Below are positions 1-12,310 of a DNA stretch of 64,000 nt, one piece after another. The notes under the pieces were generated by a model. That model did not search any database. It was not told where the DNA came from and was given only the letters and a program-made list of their open reading frames with translations. The position numbers were made by a program, and so were the translations under genes. The DNA is from Lingula anatina (lineage: Eukaryota; Animalia; Brachiopoda): positions 16,654,651 to 16,718,650 of the forward strand of contig CM120647.1 of the NCBI GenBank assembly GCA_051362555.1, read 5' to 3'. How positions within the stretch are numbered: position 1 is the first letter of the stretch; each line of letters opens with the position of its first letter.

Positions 1-1650
1 TTGAAGTTGAATAGGAAGTCATATACTGGCAATCTAAATGTGACCTTGAAATTGACCTTTGACCTACTTTTCACCATGAATTGAACTTTGCAAATTTTGC
101 TTCCCTTTTATCTCCAAAACTGGCAGAGATAGGTCCATAGTTACTATTGAAGTTGAATAGGAAGTCATATACTGGCAATCTAAATGTGACCTTAAAATTG
201 ACCTTTGACCTACTTTTCACCATGAACTGAACTTTGTAAATTTTGCTTCCTTTTTATCTCCAAATTTACGCTGTATCAAAAAGTACATATTGGTGGTGAA
301 AGCAAAATGTGCAGTACGGTAATGGATAATTAATTTTGAACTCCAGAAAAACAAAACATAAGGCTTGGCAAAGCAGGCAACTTGTGGTCAAAAATGACAT
401 TGTTTCATCAAATTAGAACATCTGGAACTTCAGAGCACCTCCCATTTCAAGAATTTTGACCAAAATGACCTTTTCTTTATTTTAATTATTTTTTTTCTGT
501 AGGAAATTTATGGCACATTAAGGTAATTCCAAAATTATAACATTTAGTCCCTTATATCTCCAAAACTGGCAGAGATAGGTCCATAGTTACTATTGAAGTT
601 GAATAGGAAGTCATATACTGGCAATCTTACTGTGACCTTGAAATTGACCTTTGACCTACTTTTCACCATGAACTGAACTTTGCAAATTTTGCTTCCCTTT
701 TATCTCCAAAACTGGCAGAGATAGGTCCATAGTTACTATTGAACTTGAATATGAAGTCATATACTGACAATCTAAATGTGACCTTGAAATTGACCTTTGA
801 CCTACTTTTCACCATGAACTGAACTTTGCAAATTTTGCTTCCCTTTTATCTCCAAAACTGGCAGAGATAGGTCCATAATTACTATTGAACTTGAATAGGA
901 AGTCATATACTGGCAATCTTACTGTGACCTTGAAATTGACCTTTGACCTACTTTTCATCACATGAACTTTGCAAATTTTGCTTCCCTTTTATCTCCAAAA
1001 CTGGCAGAGATAGGTCCATAGTTACTATTGAGGTTGAATAGGAAGTCATATACTGGCAATCTTACTGTGACCTTGAAATTGACCTTTGACCTACTTTTCA
1101 CCATGAACTGAACTTTGCAAATTTTGCTTCCCTTTTATCTCCAAAACTGGCAGAGATAGGTCCATAGTTACTGTTGTATTGAATAGGAAGTCATACTGGC
1201 AATCTAAATGTGACCTTGAAATTGACCTTTGACCTACTTTTCACCATGAACTGAACTTTGCAAATTTTGCTTCCCTTTTATCTCCAAATTTACGCTGTAT
1301 CAAAAAGTACATATTGGTGGTGAAAGCAAAATGTGCAGTACGGTAATGGATAATTAATTTTGAACTCCAGAAAAATAAAACATAAGGCTTGGCAAAGCAG
1401 GCAACTTGTGGTCAAAAATGACATTATTTCATCAAATTAGAACATTTGGAACTTCAGAGCACCTCCCATTTCAAGAATTTTGACCAAAATGACCTTTTCT
1501 TTATTTTAATTAATTTTTTTCTGTAGGAAATTTATGGCACATTATGGTAACTGCAAAATTATAACATTTAGTCCCTTATATCTCCAAAACTGGCAGAGAT
1601 AGGTCCATAGTTACTATTGAAGTTGAATAGAATGTCATATACTGACCATT
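1..1650. repeat. 146-bp satellite with a ~1024-bp higher-order repeat
   Basis: Near-identical 146-bp monomers interrupted by a ~300-bp block (TTTACGCTGTATCAAAAAG...) present at ~265-565 and ~1289-1590. Confidence 0.95.
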
Positions 1651-1830
1651 TTTAATTATATTTTTTTGTATATTTTGAGAACTCCTGTTGATTGCATTTT
1701 ATAGAGCTTGTCAAGCACAAGACTGGTGATGGTGTCCCTTTTTGGAGGGGGGGGGGGTCCATACGAATGCGCTTACTCCAGCTGGTGGTACAATATCCGG
1801 AGGCGGTATCGCCTCTCTGATCCTCTAGTT
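1..1830 (+). mobile_element. Helentron/HINE (DINE-1-like) non-autonomous element with an internal 146-bp satellite; 5' part lies outside the window; intronic in the DENND3-like gene
   Basis: Tandem monomer TTGAAGTTGAATAGGAAGTCATATACTGGC...GTTACTA starts at 1, 147, 593, 739, 885, 1028, ~1173 and 1617. The array is followed by a hairpin GGAGGCG-GTAT-CGCCTCT (~1799-1816) and CTAGTT (~1825-1830), the usual 3' end layout of Helentron-associated elements. Confidence 0.65.
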
Positions 1831-2171
1831 AAATTAAATTTTAATTCTGATAACTTTTTTCTGATATCACACTTATGGATGATGGATGAGCCAAAACATT
1901 GATTTTAAGTCTCATTATTTATTTTGTGGGAAGAAAACTGCAACTGATGATATTTTAATTGATTTATTTTACTCTAAATTTGCAGTCAAAATATTTAATT
2001 TAAACATTGATTAAGTCAGCAAACTTTCATTAATGTCTACGTGACACTTTTGGCATGGGTTGTTGGTTTATGTCAATACCCTTAACATCAATGTAAGTAA
2101 TGAGCTCTTAATATATTCATCTCCTTAAAATTTAACTAAACATTTGTATACTGGTATTTTTTTCTTTTCAG

Positions 2172-2399
2172 ATATGGGCAGGCTCAAAAATGATGAGAAA
2201 CTGCAAAGAGGCATACATGTATATATTCAATAGTCGCAGTTTTGAGAAGCAGGAACCTCTGAAAGCCCACAGTGACACCATACGATCCCTGTGTACTGCT
2301 GAGAGCCGATATGTCATATCAGGATCTGGGAGTAGAGACGGAAAAGTTGCAATATGGCGGACATCTCCAATACGACACTTTTCACATTTTGAACTATAA
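2172..2399 (+). CDS. DENND3: Terminal coding exon of a DENN domain-containing protein 3-like gene (last WD40 repeat)
   Basis: Acceptor tttcttttcag at 2171, then IWAGSK...YIFNSRSFEKQEPLKAHSDTIRSLCTAESRYVISGSGSRDGKVAIWR...stop. This closely resembles the vertebrate DENND3 C-terminus as recalled ([29 protein letters not shown]). Upstream exons lie outside the window. Confidence 0.85.
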   Translation: MWAGSKMMRNCKEAYMYIFNSRSFEKQEPLKAHSDTIRSLCTAESRYVISGSGSRDGKVAIWRTSPIRHFSHFEL

Positions 2400-3519
2400 G
2401 AGATTTTATCAATTCAGTGTTGTGATATTTTATTTTAATAAGCAAAATATGAAAAATTGCATACTATAAGAGGACAAAAAAAAACCCCACAATCATAGAC
2501 AATGGAAGTATATTAAAAAAATAAAAATAAAAAAGCAAATGAGATGAATAAAGATAAAGAAAACATAGGTCGGGATGAAGGCAATTTACCACAGATACTG
2601 AGAAATTTTTCTCAAGTGCAATGAAGTTCTTTTTATGGACAGAGAAATAAAGAACAAAAATTGTAGATATCAATGATGTTTATGTACATATTGATTTATG
2701 CCATATGAAGGAAATTTGAGTAGTATACTCAGCTGATGATAAGGTCTGTATCAGATCATTTTCAGAATATTTTGACATCTTCATAACCAGATAAGAGTCG
2801 AAAGTATTCAGCATAGCCAAATTAACTAAACAGTTGGAAACACGTTTATGGGGGTGTGAGATGAGCTGCAAATCCCAAAAAAGTGCTTTATTTATGTACA
2901 GACCTGAAATGCTCAGTTGAATGCTCAGAGTGTGCTGGTCAAGTTATCCATGATGTGGGAATGGCAAATGCCTAGTTCGTAAATATGGAAACGGACAAAA
3001 TCTAATATGGCTGCTTTTTTTTTTTTTTTTTTTTTTTTTTATGAATACATGATACACAGTTCTGACCTATATTAATTTCATGCAAAGAAAAATAAAAAGA
3101 GGCATGGTAGCAACTTAATTGGTCAAAATACTGTAAGGGTGTCTAAAAAATACTTCAAGACGACACTATAAATCCTGTGATGTACAATATTCTGTGTATA
3201 AATTTACTAACATATATTCTTAATTAAGCAGTATGTATGAACAGATACAACATGTATTGATCGTATCAGTTGATATTTACTCAAGGTCTTGCCAGTTAAT
3301 CTTAAAAAAAACATTTTGACTTAACATAAAGGTGCAGCATATGTCGAACATTGTTCATGTAACAGTACCAGTATTTGCTCGTCTCATTATATACATATAT
3401 GTAATTATTTTTTATGAACAGAGACATGGTGCATTTACAATAAAAATCATTTTAAGTGATGGCTAACATCACCTGCATCTGTCATCTGTTTTTATCCCAA
3501 AACTAAAAAAAAAAAAAAA

Positions 3520-4007
3520 CTGCCATATTCGGACCTACCAAAATAAGGGAAAATGGACAATTTTCAAATGGATGCAAAATCAACCTATCACACTTAATTA
3601 TCATTCCCAATAAATGTCTTAAGACCCCATTACCAGAGATTAGATCGATCCAACTAGATCGACCTAACTCCCTGGGGGTTCACCCTAAATAGTTGTCAGC
3701 CGAGCAGGCACGAAAGTTAATTACCCCCTTACAGCTTGTAGTAGGCGTGACGGGCATTTAAGCCGGATTATCTAACAGTAATCTAGTGAGACTCCGTGGG
3801 GATAGATGGATCTAAAAGCTCTGGGAATACAGCCTTAACACACCTGTATCTCATTATGAAAGCTCAAAATTTAATCTTTATGGTATTTCAAAAAGTGGAT
3901 TGACTTAGAATGATTCATGGGAGGTATGGTACATTGATTTTGATCACATTTTGCATAAACGTGAAAATTGTGGATTATGGCGAATTTTGGTAGGTCTGGG
4001 TATGGCA
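3520..4007. mobile_element. Degenerate TIR element (MITE-like) with a second MITE nested inside
   Basis: TGCCATATTCGGACCTACCAAAAT (3521) and ATTTTGGTAGGTCTGGGTATGGCA (ends 4007) are imperfect inverted repeats. No clean TSD. Confidence 0.6.
3623..3834. mobile_element. MITE family A copy (PIF/Harbinger-like)
   Basis: Shares GATCGATC, AACTCCCTGGGG, TAATTACCCCCT and GTGAGACTCC blocks with five other copies in the window. Flanked by TTAA on both sides. Confidence 0.75.
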
Positions 4008-4616
4008 TTATTTACAGACTGGACATTCAAAATGGAACAATTTTGTTTCAAAGTAATTTTTAGGTAAAATGTATTATGTATTTGTATAATGTGCATTTCA
4101 TGTGAATTATAAGAATAGATGTGTAGTCAAGTTGTCAGTAACAATTAAATGACTGCCTGCATAAACAACAGGGATAAACAACAAAACGGCTCATATAGTG
4201 TGATAATTATAGTAGTTCCTCAAAATTGAATCTTTCTGGTATCAAAAGGCACACAGTTCCCTTCAATAGTGCCATATAAAAAGCACACAAAAAGCACCTG
4301 GAACTTGGGATTTTTTTTCTCTCACATATCCAAACAGGATTGATACAGGTAGATGCTTGCTTTGTTAAACCCTTTTCTTGTTCCCCCGAGTTTAGAGCAA
4401 ACACAACTGCATCATCAAATAAATGACTGCATTTAATTTATTCTTAAGGCTAAAGTGAGGTCAGCTTAAGAAATAATCAGTCAACAATACCTGGTAGATC
4501 TAGAAAGGAGAAAATAATATTACGCACTGCATAAAGCTAGTACAATATATGTTGAACAATGACGATACAAAAATTAAAGAAAAATTTCAGAAGGGCTTGG
4601 TACAGTGTCAGCCATT

Positions 4617-4800
4617 AAACTGGGGAAATTTCTTACACAGGCATATACATACATAGCTCTATTTTTATAAAAAGAGCTTGGCGTAAGCACAATACAGCTG
4701 CATGGCGACAGACAACAGAAACTGGGGAAGTTTCTTACACAGACATATACATACATAGCTCTGTTTCTAGAAAAAGAGCTTAGCGTAAGCACAATACAGC
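4617..4800. repeat. Two-copy direct repeat, 102-bp period
   Basis: AAACTGGGGAA(A/G)TTTCTTACACAG...GCGTAAGCACAATACAGC occurs at 4617 and 4719. Confidence 0.9.
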
Positions 4801-6378
4801 CGAATATGAGGCTAGACAACAGAATCAGGTTGGGATCAGGTAATGAACAGATGCCATATTCTCTCTACGTCCAAGCAGTTCTAAATGGATAAAGAAGAAA
4901 CACGGTGCATATTTCAGGGCTTACATTTAAAAACATTTGGCAGAAAAACTGACATGACACTAGTCTAGTTGAAGGGTGCGGTCAGTAAGTGTTAAATGTT
5001 ACCATATTAAACTCCGTAGATCAGTGCTGCTGCTAAATGACAATCCATAACTCTTATTTTTACTCTGTGACTCCATATGAAAGGTACAGAAACCAACTTT
5101 GCACCTAAAGTGTATACACCAGCAAAGAGACAATCACTATGGCAGAGGCACTAGAAGCAGAAATTAAAAAGAATATCTTGACATGTATCATCTGTCGGAG
5201 AGAGTATGAGGACCCCCGTATACTGTCTTGCCACCATACATTTTGCTATGGTTGTATAACTGATCATGCCCAAAGATCTCACACTCCAGACCGGGCATAT
5301 CCGTGTCCTATTTGCAAATAGGCATCCCTGTTTCCATGTGGTGGACTTACTAAACTTGAAAAAAACTTTGACATCTGCAAGACAATAGACATCATAACCC
5401 AACAACGACATAGACGAACATTAGAAGAGAAACAGGCCAATGAAGCAGCAGTGAGAGGGGGCATTGCACAAAAGGTCATCAGTTGTGAGAAACATCCTAT
5501 AATAACAAATTAAAATTTTACTGTGAAGATGATAATACTGCCATATGTAGTGAGTGTAAAGTAACATCACATAATGGACATCACATTTCCTCTATTCATG
5601 AAGTTGCAGAAAGCAACAGAGATAAACTTAATGGTGCTTGTGAGAAAACCATGAAAACTATGAGCTTGTTTAAAGAAGCAATTGACACTGAAACAGCCAA
5701 TGAAAAAGAGGACTTTCATAATTGGGATGTCACTATCAACAAGATTGAAAACAAAGCCCAGCAGCTTATTCAACTGATTAATGAGCAGAAAGAGACACTA
5801 AAATCAGAAGTAAATTCTGCATACAGCCGTAAAAAAACCCAGAAGGATGCAAGAAAGGATATCCTTGAACACCACTTTTGCACCATGCGCAGTGTCTGTC
5901 ACTCTACCCAGGAACTTGTCACAAAGGGCGCTGACTCTGACATCATGGATCAGGCAAAATCTCTGTCAGAGAGACTTGAAGTAATGGAGAAAACACCAGT
6001 CCCACCTCCAGACACACCAATACAGATATCCTACAGCCCAGGTGAGACATCTGTTGCTGGACTGGAGGCCATGTTAGGACAGGTGACAGTAGAGTCTAAA
6101 CCTCCATTAGCTGAACAGGGGAAAAACCCTCCTGTTTTTCTAGAAAAAGCAAAGTGTGTGCATTCTTTTAGTCCTAAGCTGAGTGATGATAAAGTAATAT
6201 TCACAAAAGGATTAGCCATAGATGAGGAACAAGTGTCTGTTGTGGATAATGGAAACGAGAGAACAAAAATGTTCACACATGATGGAGAGTTCAAGTTTGA
6301 CTTTAAACTTGAAAATCCATTTGATGTGGCTGTGTCAGAGACTGGTAACCTGTATATAACATCACGAGGTGACAAATG

Positions 6379-9300
6379 CCGGATCATAAGGCTAGCGGAG
6401 GAAAAACCGTATACAACAACAAGCCGTTGTTACGTTTCTAGAGACTCACTACAATCTGTGTGATCTCTACCTTTATTCTGTACAATCCAGGTATTGGTGT
6501 CACTGGTCCACTTCTATCTGCTGACTATATGTTCTACTCTACACTACTTCTGACTACTTCATGTGAAGACACAAGACTCTAATGATAGTATATTGCCAAT
6601 TCTTCTCCTTATATACTAATACATAAGGACAATTACATTACAGTGATTCCTTAAGCAAGTCAGAGATATTGAAGCCAATTAACAGAATTAAGACACATTG
6701 CAGGAGACCTTTAACACAATTAGACCAAGGCTGATTTAAACTTTAACTGGAAGATGAAGCCATAGATGAAGTTATTCAGTCCTGAACACATCCTGTAGAA
6801 CTTAATGTAGTTTTAACTTGGACATTTAAATACATTTGCTATATACTGATATCTGACTTGATTTGTATAGAAGTTTAATGTAATTTACTTAAATATTCAC
6901 TTAATATAATTTTAAGACATCTAAATATAATTTAATTACATATAACTTGAACTAAAATAGGGATTTTCTGAAATTAAATTTGGTCATGAAATCACCTCTA
7001 TGATATAAACATAAGGCAGGCAAAGCTCTTTAGTGTGTTCACACAAATTTGCCTAGGAATGGTGTTGCCAACTTCAACACCCTCTCCCAACCCGCAATAA
7101 CCAGCGTGGGATGAGTAGGCCTAAAATCCAGCATGAAACAACCAACAAACACATGGCCTCCAGTACCCAGCCGCACAAACGCCCTGAACTTAGGAGGTGA
7201 TCCTGGTTCAGACCAGCAGAGTGCAGGAGGTGCTAAGAATCTCTGGGGCAGCAAGGATCACCAACATCAAGACCAGTGAAAAATTTCAACATCATTACTT
7301 ACAACATTAGAACTTTGAAGAACAATGAAAGACTTGCAGAATTGGAAACTGAACTCCAGGACACCGGAGTTAAATGGCATGTGATAGGCTTGTCAGAAAT
7401 TAGGCAAGCGGAAGAACGTTTAATTACCTTGAATAGCGGACATATATTGTACCATACAAATGCTTCAAATGGCCAACAAGGAGTTGGATTTCTGATACAC
7501 AAGGCGCTAAGCAAGAACATCATTGAGGTAAAGCAAATTAGCGCAAGGGTGGCTACAGTCAAGCTCAACGTGAATCAGAGATTCTCAATGAAACTCATTC
7601 AGGTATATGCACCAACATCAAGCAGACCAGATGAAGAAGTAGAACAACTGTATGAAGAAGTACAGCGTCAGTTGACAACAGACTGCCACTACCACATAGT
7701 CATGGGTGATTTCAACGCCAAGATCGGGATAAAGTCAGACATACAAGAGCGTGCCACAGGGAAATTTGGCAGCGGAGAGAGGAATGAAAGAGGAGACTTA
7801 CTGATTGAATGGGCGACAGCAAATAACTTGAAGATCATGAATACCGTCTACAAGAAGAAGATATCAAGAAGATGGACATGGCAAAGCCCAGATGGATGTA
7901 CAAGAAATGAAATTGATTACATCATGACAAACAGACCAAACATCTTCACGGATGTGAAAGTGCTAAACAGACTGGATACGGGCAGTGACCACAGAGCAGT
8001 TATGGGAGTGATTAGGATCAATGTCAGGAAGGACAGACAGAAATGCCTGTCAAATCGATCAAAGAGACCTAGTATCGAGCAACTGGTCATAAAGAAAGAC
8101 GAGTTCCAAATCCTCCTAACGAACAGATTCAGTGCACTAGAGCTAGAAGGTGAAGATGGAGTAGATGAAATGAACGATAGAATAACGACTACCATCCTAG
8201 AATGTGTATCAGAGAGCCAGTAAAATGAAGGACTCAAAGCTCTCAACAGAAACGAGGATTCTCATGAAGAAAAGACGGATGATGAAGAAAACGGAGGTAA
8301 ACAACAACAGGGACATCAGAAACAACATCGAATATGCAGAACTGGATAAGACCATCAAGAAGAAGGCAAGGGAAGACATCAGGAAGCAGAACATGAAGAA
8401 GATAGCAGAGACCATCGAAAATGGAAAGAGCATGAAAAGAGCAAAGAGATCCTTTCAACTAGGGCAGGATAGAATGCTGAATCTTCTAGACAAAGATGAA
8501 AATGAGCTCACCACACAAGACCAAATATTAGAACGAGTAGAAGAATTCTATGGAGAGTTGTATGACAGCAACAAGGGAATAGAAATCTCAACAAAGGCAT
8601 GCGATCTACCAGACATAACAGCTTGGGAAGTAGAGTCAGCAGTCCAGAAAATGAAGAACGGAAAGGCAGCAGGAAATGACAACATCAAAGCAGAAATGGT
8701 AAAAGCAGGAGGAGATATCCTATCTCAGGAATTAGCCAGGCTCTTCACAAAGTGCTTACATCTGAAGGAAATTCCTGTAGCATGGAAGAACGCCAACATG
8801 ATCATAATGTTCAAAAAGGGCAATAGGAAAGACATCAAGAATTACAGACCCACCTGCCTACTTTCTAATTTGTACAAGATTTACACCAAAATATTGACCG
8901 AAAGGCTAACAAGACAACTAGATGAAGCGCAGCCAAAGGAACAAGCAGGTTTCAGAGGCCAGTACACCACTACTGATCATATGCACACTGTCAACCAGCT
9001 CAAAGAGAAATGTCTCGAGTATAACATTCCACTATGTGTAGCATTCGTTGATTATGAAAAAGCCTTCGACTCAGTTGAAACCCAGTATATACTGGCATCC
9101 CTGCAAGATCTAGGGATCGAAGATGGATACGTAGATGTCCTCAGAGACATATACACCGATAGCTCTGTAACAGTCAAACTACACAAGACCACCAATAAGA
9201 TCAGGATCAAGAAAGGTGTACGCCAAGGAGATACAATCTCTCCTAAACTGTTCACAGCAGCATTGGAACGTATATTCAGGGATCTAGACTGGCAAGACAA

Positions 9301-10154
9301 GGGCATAAACATAGACGGTACCAGGCTCAATCGCCTTAGGTTTGCAGACAACATCATAACAGTAGCATATGATGCAAAAGGCCTAGAACAAATGCTACAG
9401 GCGTTAGCAGATGAAAGTGCAAAAAGTGGGCTAAAGATGAACACCAGCAAGACAAAGGTGATGTTTGGACCACTAACCACCCCTTGCACAGTGAAAGTCA
9501 ACACCAAAGAGATAGAAGCAGTGGAAGAGTATATATACCTTGGGCAACGGTTCAGCCTTAGTGATCGAACACTGGAGAAAGAAATCCAACGAGGGATAAA
9601 AGCAGGATGGGCAGCATATGGAAAGCACAATGACATCTTCAAGAGCAACCTTCCTACCTGCCTGAAAAAGAAAGTGTTCAATGCTTGTGTGCTGCCGGCA
9701 ATCACCTATGGTTCAGAGACCTGGGCACTGATTGCCTCCATGGAACACAAGCTACAAGTAGCTCAGAGAAAGATGGAAAGAATTATGTTGAACATCAATC
9801 CAAGAGAGCGGAAAACGAATGTATGGTTACGTGAACAGACCAAAGTCAAGGACGTACTACTCACAGTTTAAGAAATGAAATGGAGGTGGGCAGGACATGT
9901 CAAAAGAATGAAGGACAATAGGTGGACAATCAGGCTTACAGAATGGACCCCAAGGTATGGACAAAGAAAAAGAGGAAGGCCGGTCAAACGATGGAGGGAT
10001 GAATTAGATGACTACTGGAAGTCTTGGAAGAAGAAACCTTGGCCAAACTGGAAATCTGAGGCTCAGGATAGGAAACAATGGAAAAAGCATGCTGAGGCCT
10101 TTGTCCAACAGTGGAACACTATAGGCTCTAAATGATGATGATGATGATGATGAT
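6379..10154 (+). mobile_element. RTE-clade non-LTR retrotransposon, apparently full length, inactivated
   Basis: 13-bp TSD GAGGTGACAAATG at 6366-6378 and 10155-10167. (ATG)n tail follows the ORF stop at 10135. One broken APE endonuclease plus RT reading frame, with the RTE-type C-terminus KWRWAGHV...WTPR..KRKRGRP..RW.D. Confidence 0.95.
7133..10135 (+). pseudogene. RTE ORF (AP endonuclease plus reverse transcriptase), disrupted
   Basis: N-terminal segment MKQPTN...AGGAKNLW is frameshifted (~7265) into the APE domain (TYNIRTL, GLSE, GVGFLI, QVYAPT, MGDFNAK, NEIDYI, SDH). Frameshift/stop at ~8204-8223. RT motifs are NYRP, QAGFR, DYEKAFDSV and GVRQGD. Catalytic FADD reads FADN. In-frame TAA at 9869-9871. 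Confidence 0.93.
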
Positions 10155-11249
10155 GAGGTGACAAATGTATCAAGGTGTTTTCCACCAGAGGTCAGCAGCT
10201 GTCAACCATTGGCTGTGGTAAACTTGAAGACCCACGTGGTATAACACTGAACAGACAATGTCATGTGATGGTTTGTGACATGAAAAAGAAATCCATTTTC
10301 ACATTCCATGCAGCGATTGGACAGCTCTTGAATACTATTCCACTCAGTATGTGTGAAGGCCCACAGTACATAACAGTAAACAGTAACAATGATAACACTG
10401 TGATATCAGAACCAGGTAATCACAGAGACCATGTCCTGTCACCTACTGGTGGTCAGCTGTACCAGTATGGCACAGAAGGCAGTGGTGATGGTCAGCTGTG
10501 TCAACCACAGGGAGTGTGTACAGACAACTATGGTCACGTCTTCATTGCTGACTGGTACAACCACAGGATAGTGGCACTGAGTCCACAAGGAGAGTTTATC
10601 AGATACATTGCTACTAGGAATGATGGGTTGGAGAATCCCGTAGCATTAGCCATCAACCCTGATGGCCAGCTGGTGGTGGGAGAGGACACGGGGAAAGTTA
10701 AGACATTCCAGTACTTAAATAACTCCAACCATACCTCCAAATCATATTGTACACTGATGTAAATATGTCACAACACTGATGTTAATAAAAAAAACCTTAT
10801 ATGTTTATAAGAACCTTTATGAAAACCAAAATGGTTTTTTGAACAATTTAGATGGTCTAGGTCAAGGCTTCAGACACATGGGAAATCAATGGCATACAGG
10901 TGTCTGCCCATATTAACAATCAACCACCCCCTTGGGACAGCCCAAACCCCAGTTGGACTAAAATTCTGAGGTGCCTACCCAGATCATAGTGTCAAATACA
11001 TGTACAGAAAAAAAGAAATTTCCCTGTGAAAATATTTACATTACTAATTTTAACCTACAATGTATTTGACAGCACAAATACTTCTATTACATTTTTAAGT
11101 GTTTTTCATAAGTTTGAATTTTCATTTTACATCCATGTAAACTATATGTCGTGTCACATTTTTATTTAGTTCATAGTTATCATTTGAGATATATTAAAAT
11201 TTCTACCGAATGAGATGTGTTATGTAGAAACAAGAGTCAGAAACTGATT

Positions 11250-12310
11250 CCACAATTGTAAAAATTTCAGATATATAGCAATAATTTAAAAACAGTTATG
11301 AAAAAATCTCAAATATGAAGTTATAAAATAGTTGTAAAAAAACTTGAATATAAAGCACCAAAATAGTTGTCAAAATTCAAATATGCTTATAATATAAAAT
11401 AATACTTGTACAAAAACTGAAATACACAGTAATAAATAGTTGTAAAAAAACTGAGACATAAAGTAATAAAACAGTTGTTAAAAACTCAAGTATATAATTG
11501 CAAAACAGTTATGCAATTCTTTGTGAAAAGTTTATTTTTCACATATTAGCATTTTCAATGTGGGAAATATAACTCCCATGGGCATGAAGCCAAATGGTAG
11601 TTACATTTTCTAAATGCCCATGTCATGTTTAGTAGATAATTAAGAATAGGTGGTGATTATGCTTTTAATCATTATGTAATATTGCATCAAAACTGACAAA
11701 AATACATTGTGCATTGACACCACAAACTTTATAAAAGGAAAACTGTATTACTTATCATTTTGTAACTTACAAAAATGTTTTGTAGAATAGACATACAGCT
11801 CAAATTTGGAAAAGCTGGCATATTGATCATAAGGTAATTTTTCTTGAAATTATGCACAAAATAATATCAATGAAAAAATACTTTATGTAAAAAAGTCATA
11901 TCCCCCCCCCCCCGCTCTAGACAGCCCATCCCCAATGTGTGTATAAATAATGACTGGTCCATCCACATTCCTGATGATAGGGCTATCAGTATCAAAATCC
12001 TTAACTTCCTTAGTCTAAAAAAACTTGTGGAATGAACTTGCACAATGTGCAAAGAAATTAGATTAAAAAAAATCCCCCCCCCCCCACACACACACACACA
12101 GGACAGTCCAACCCCCAGACCGCGGTCGAAAGTGCTAGTGTGAACGGCCTCATTCATTGTTAAAGAGAGACATGGTTGATTGGTTTTGATCCCATTTTGC
12201 AAAAATCTGAATATAGTATTATTGTATCAAAATTGGCCAAATGACCTATTTTGTGCATCATTATTTTCTACTTTTTGTCTGCAATTTTGACAACTTTGCT
12301 GCCTTGTTTA
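11250..12310 (+). repeat. Decayed Helentron-type repeat remnant with a ~40-bp degenerate tandem tract
   Basis: AAATAGTTGTAAAAAA-type units at ~11270-11510. 11515-11625 resembles 40035-40145. It ends in TTTGCTGCCTTGTTT (~12295-12309), as does the element ending at 43030. Confidence 0.4.

Larger units (their letters stand above)
5139..10762 (+). pseudogene. Single-exon TRIM-NHL E3 ligase pseudogene (RING, B-box, coiled coil, NHL propeller; TRIM2/3/56/71-like) interrupted by an RTE insertion
   Basis: RING (CIIC...CHHTFCYGC...CPIC) ends in a premature TAG at 5319-5321. B-box CEKHP/..KLKFYCEDDNTAICSECKVTSHNGH is frameshifted near 5498. Coiled coil and first NHL repeats run 5651-6378. Removing the insert and one TSD copy restores the frame ...LYITSRGDKC-IKVFSTRGQQL... 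through NHL repeats (PQGVCTD..GHVFIADWYNHRI) to the stop at 10762. Confidence 0.9.

Noticed and set aside
6379-6480. HDV-like or hammerhead ribozyme at the RTE 5' end
   Set aside because: Could not build the nested double pseudoknot or find the CUGANGA/GAAA cores by eye; a covariance search is needed.
7299-9705. Minus-strand ORFs of 71-217 aa over the RTE
   Set aside because: Antisense shadows of the RTE coding strand with no recognisable motifs.
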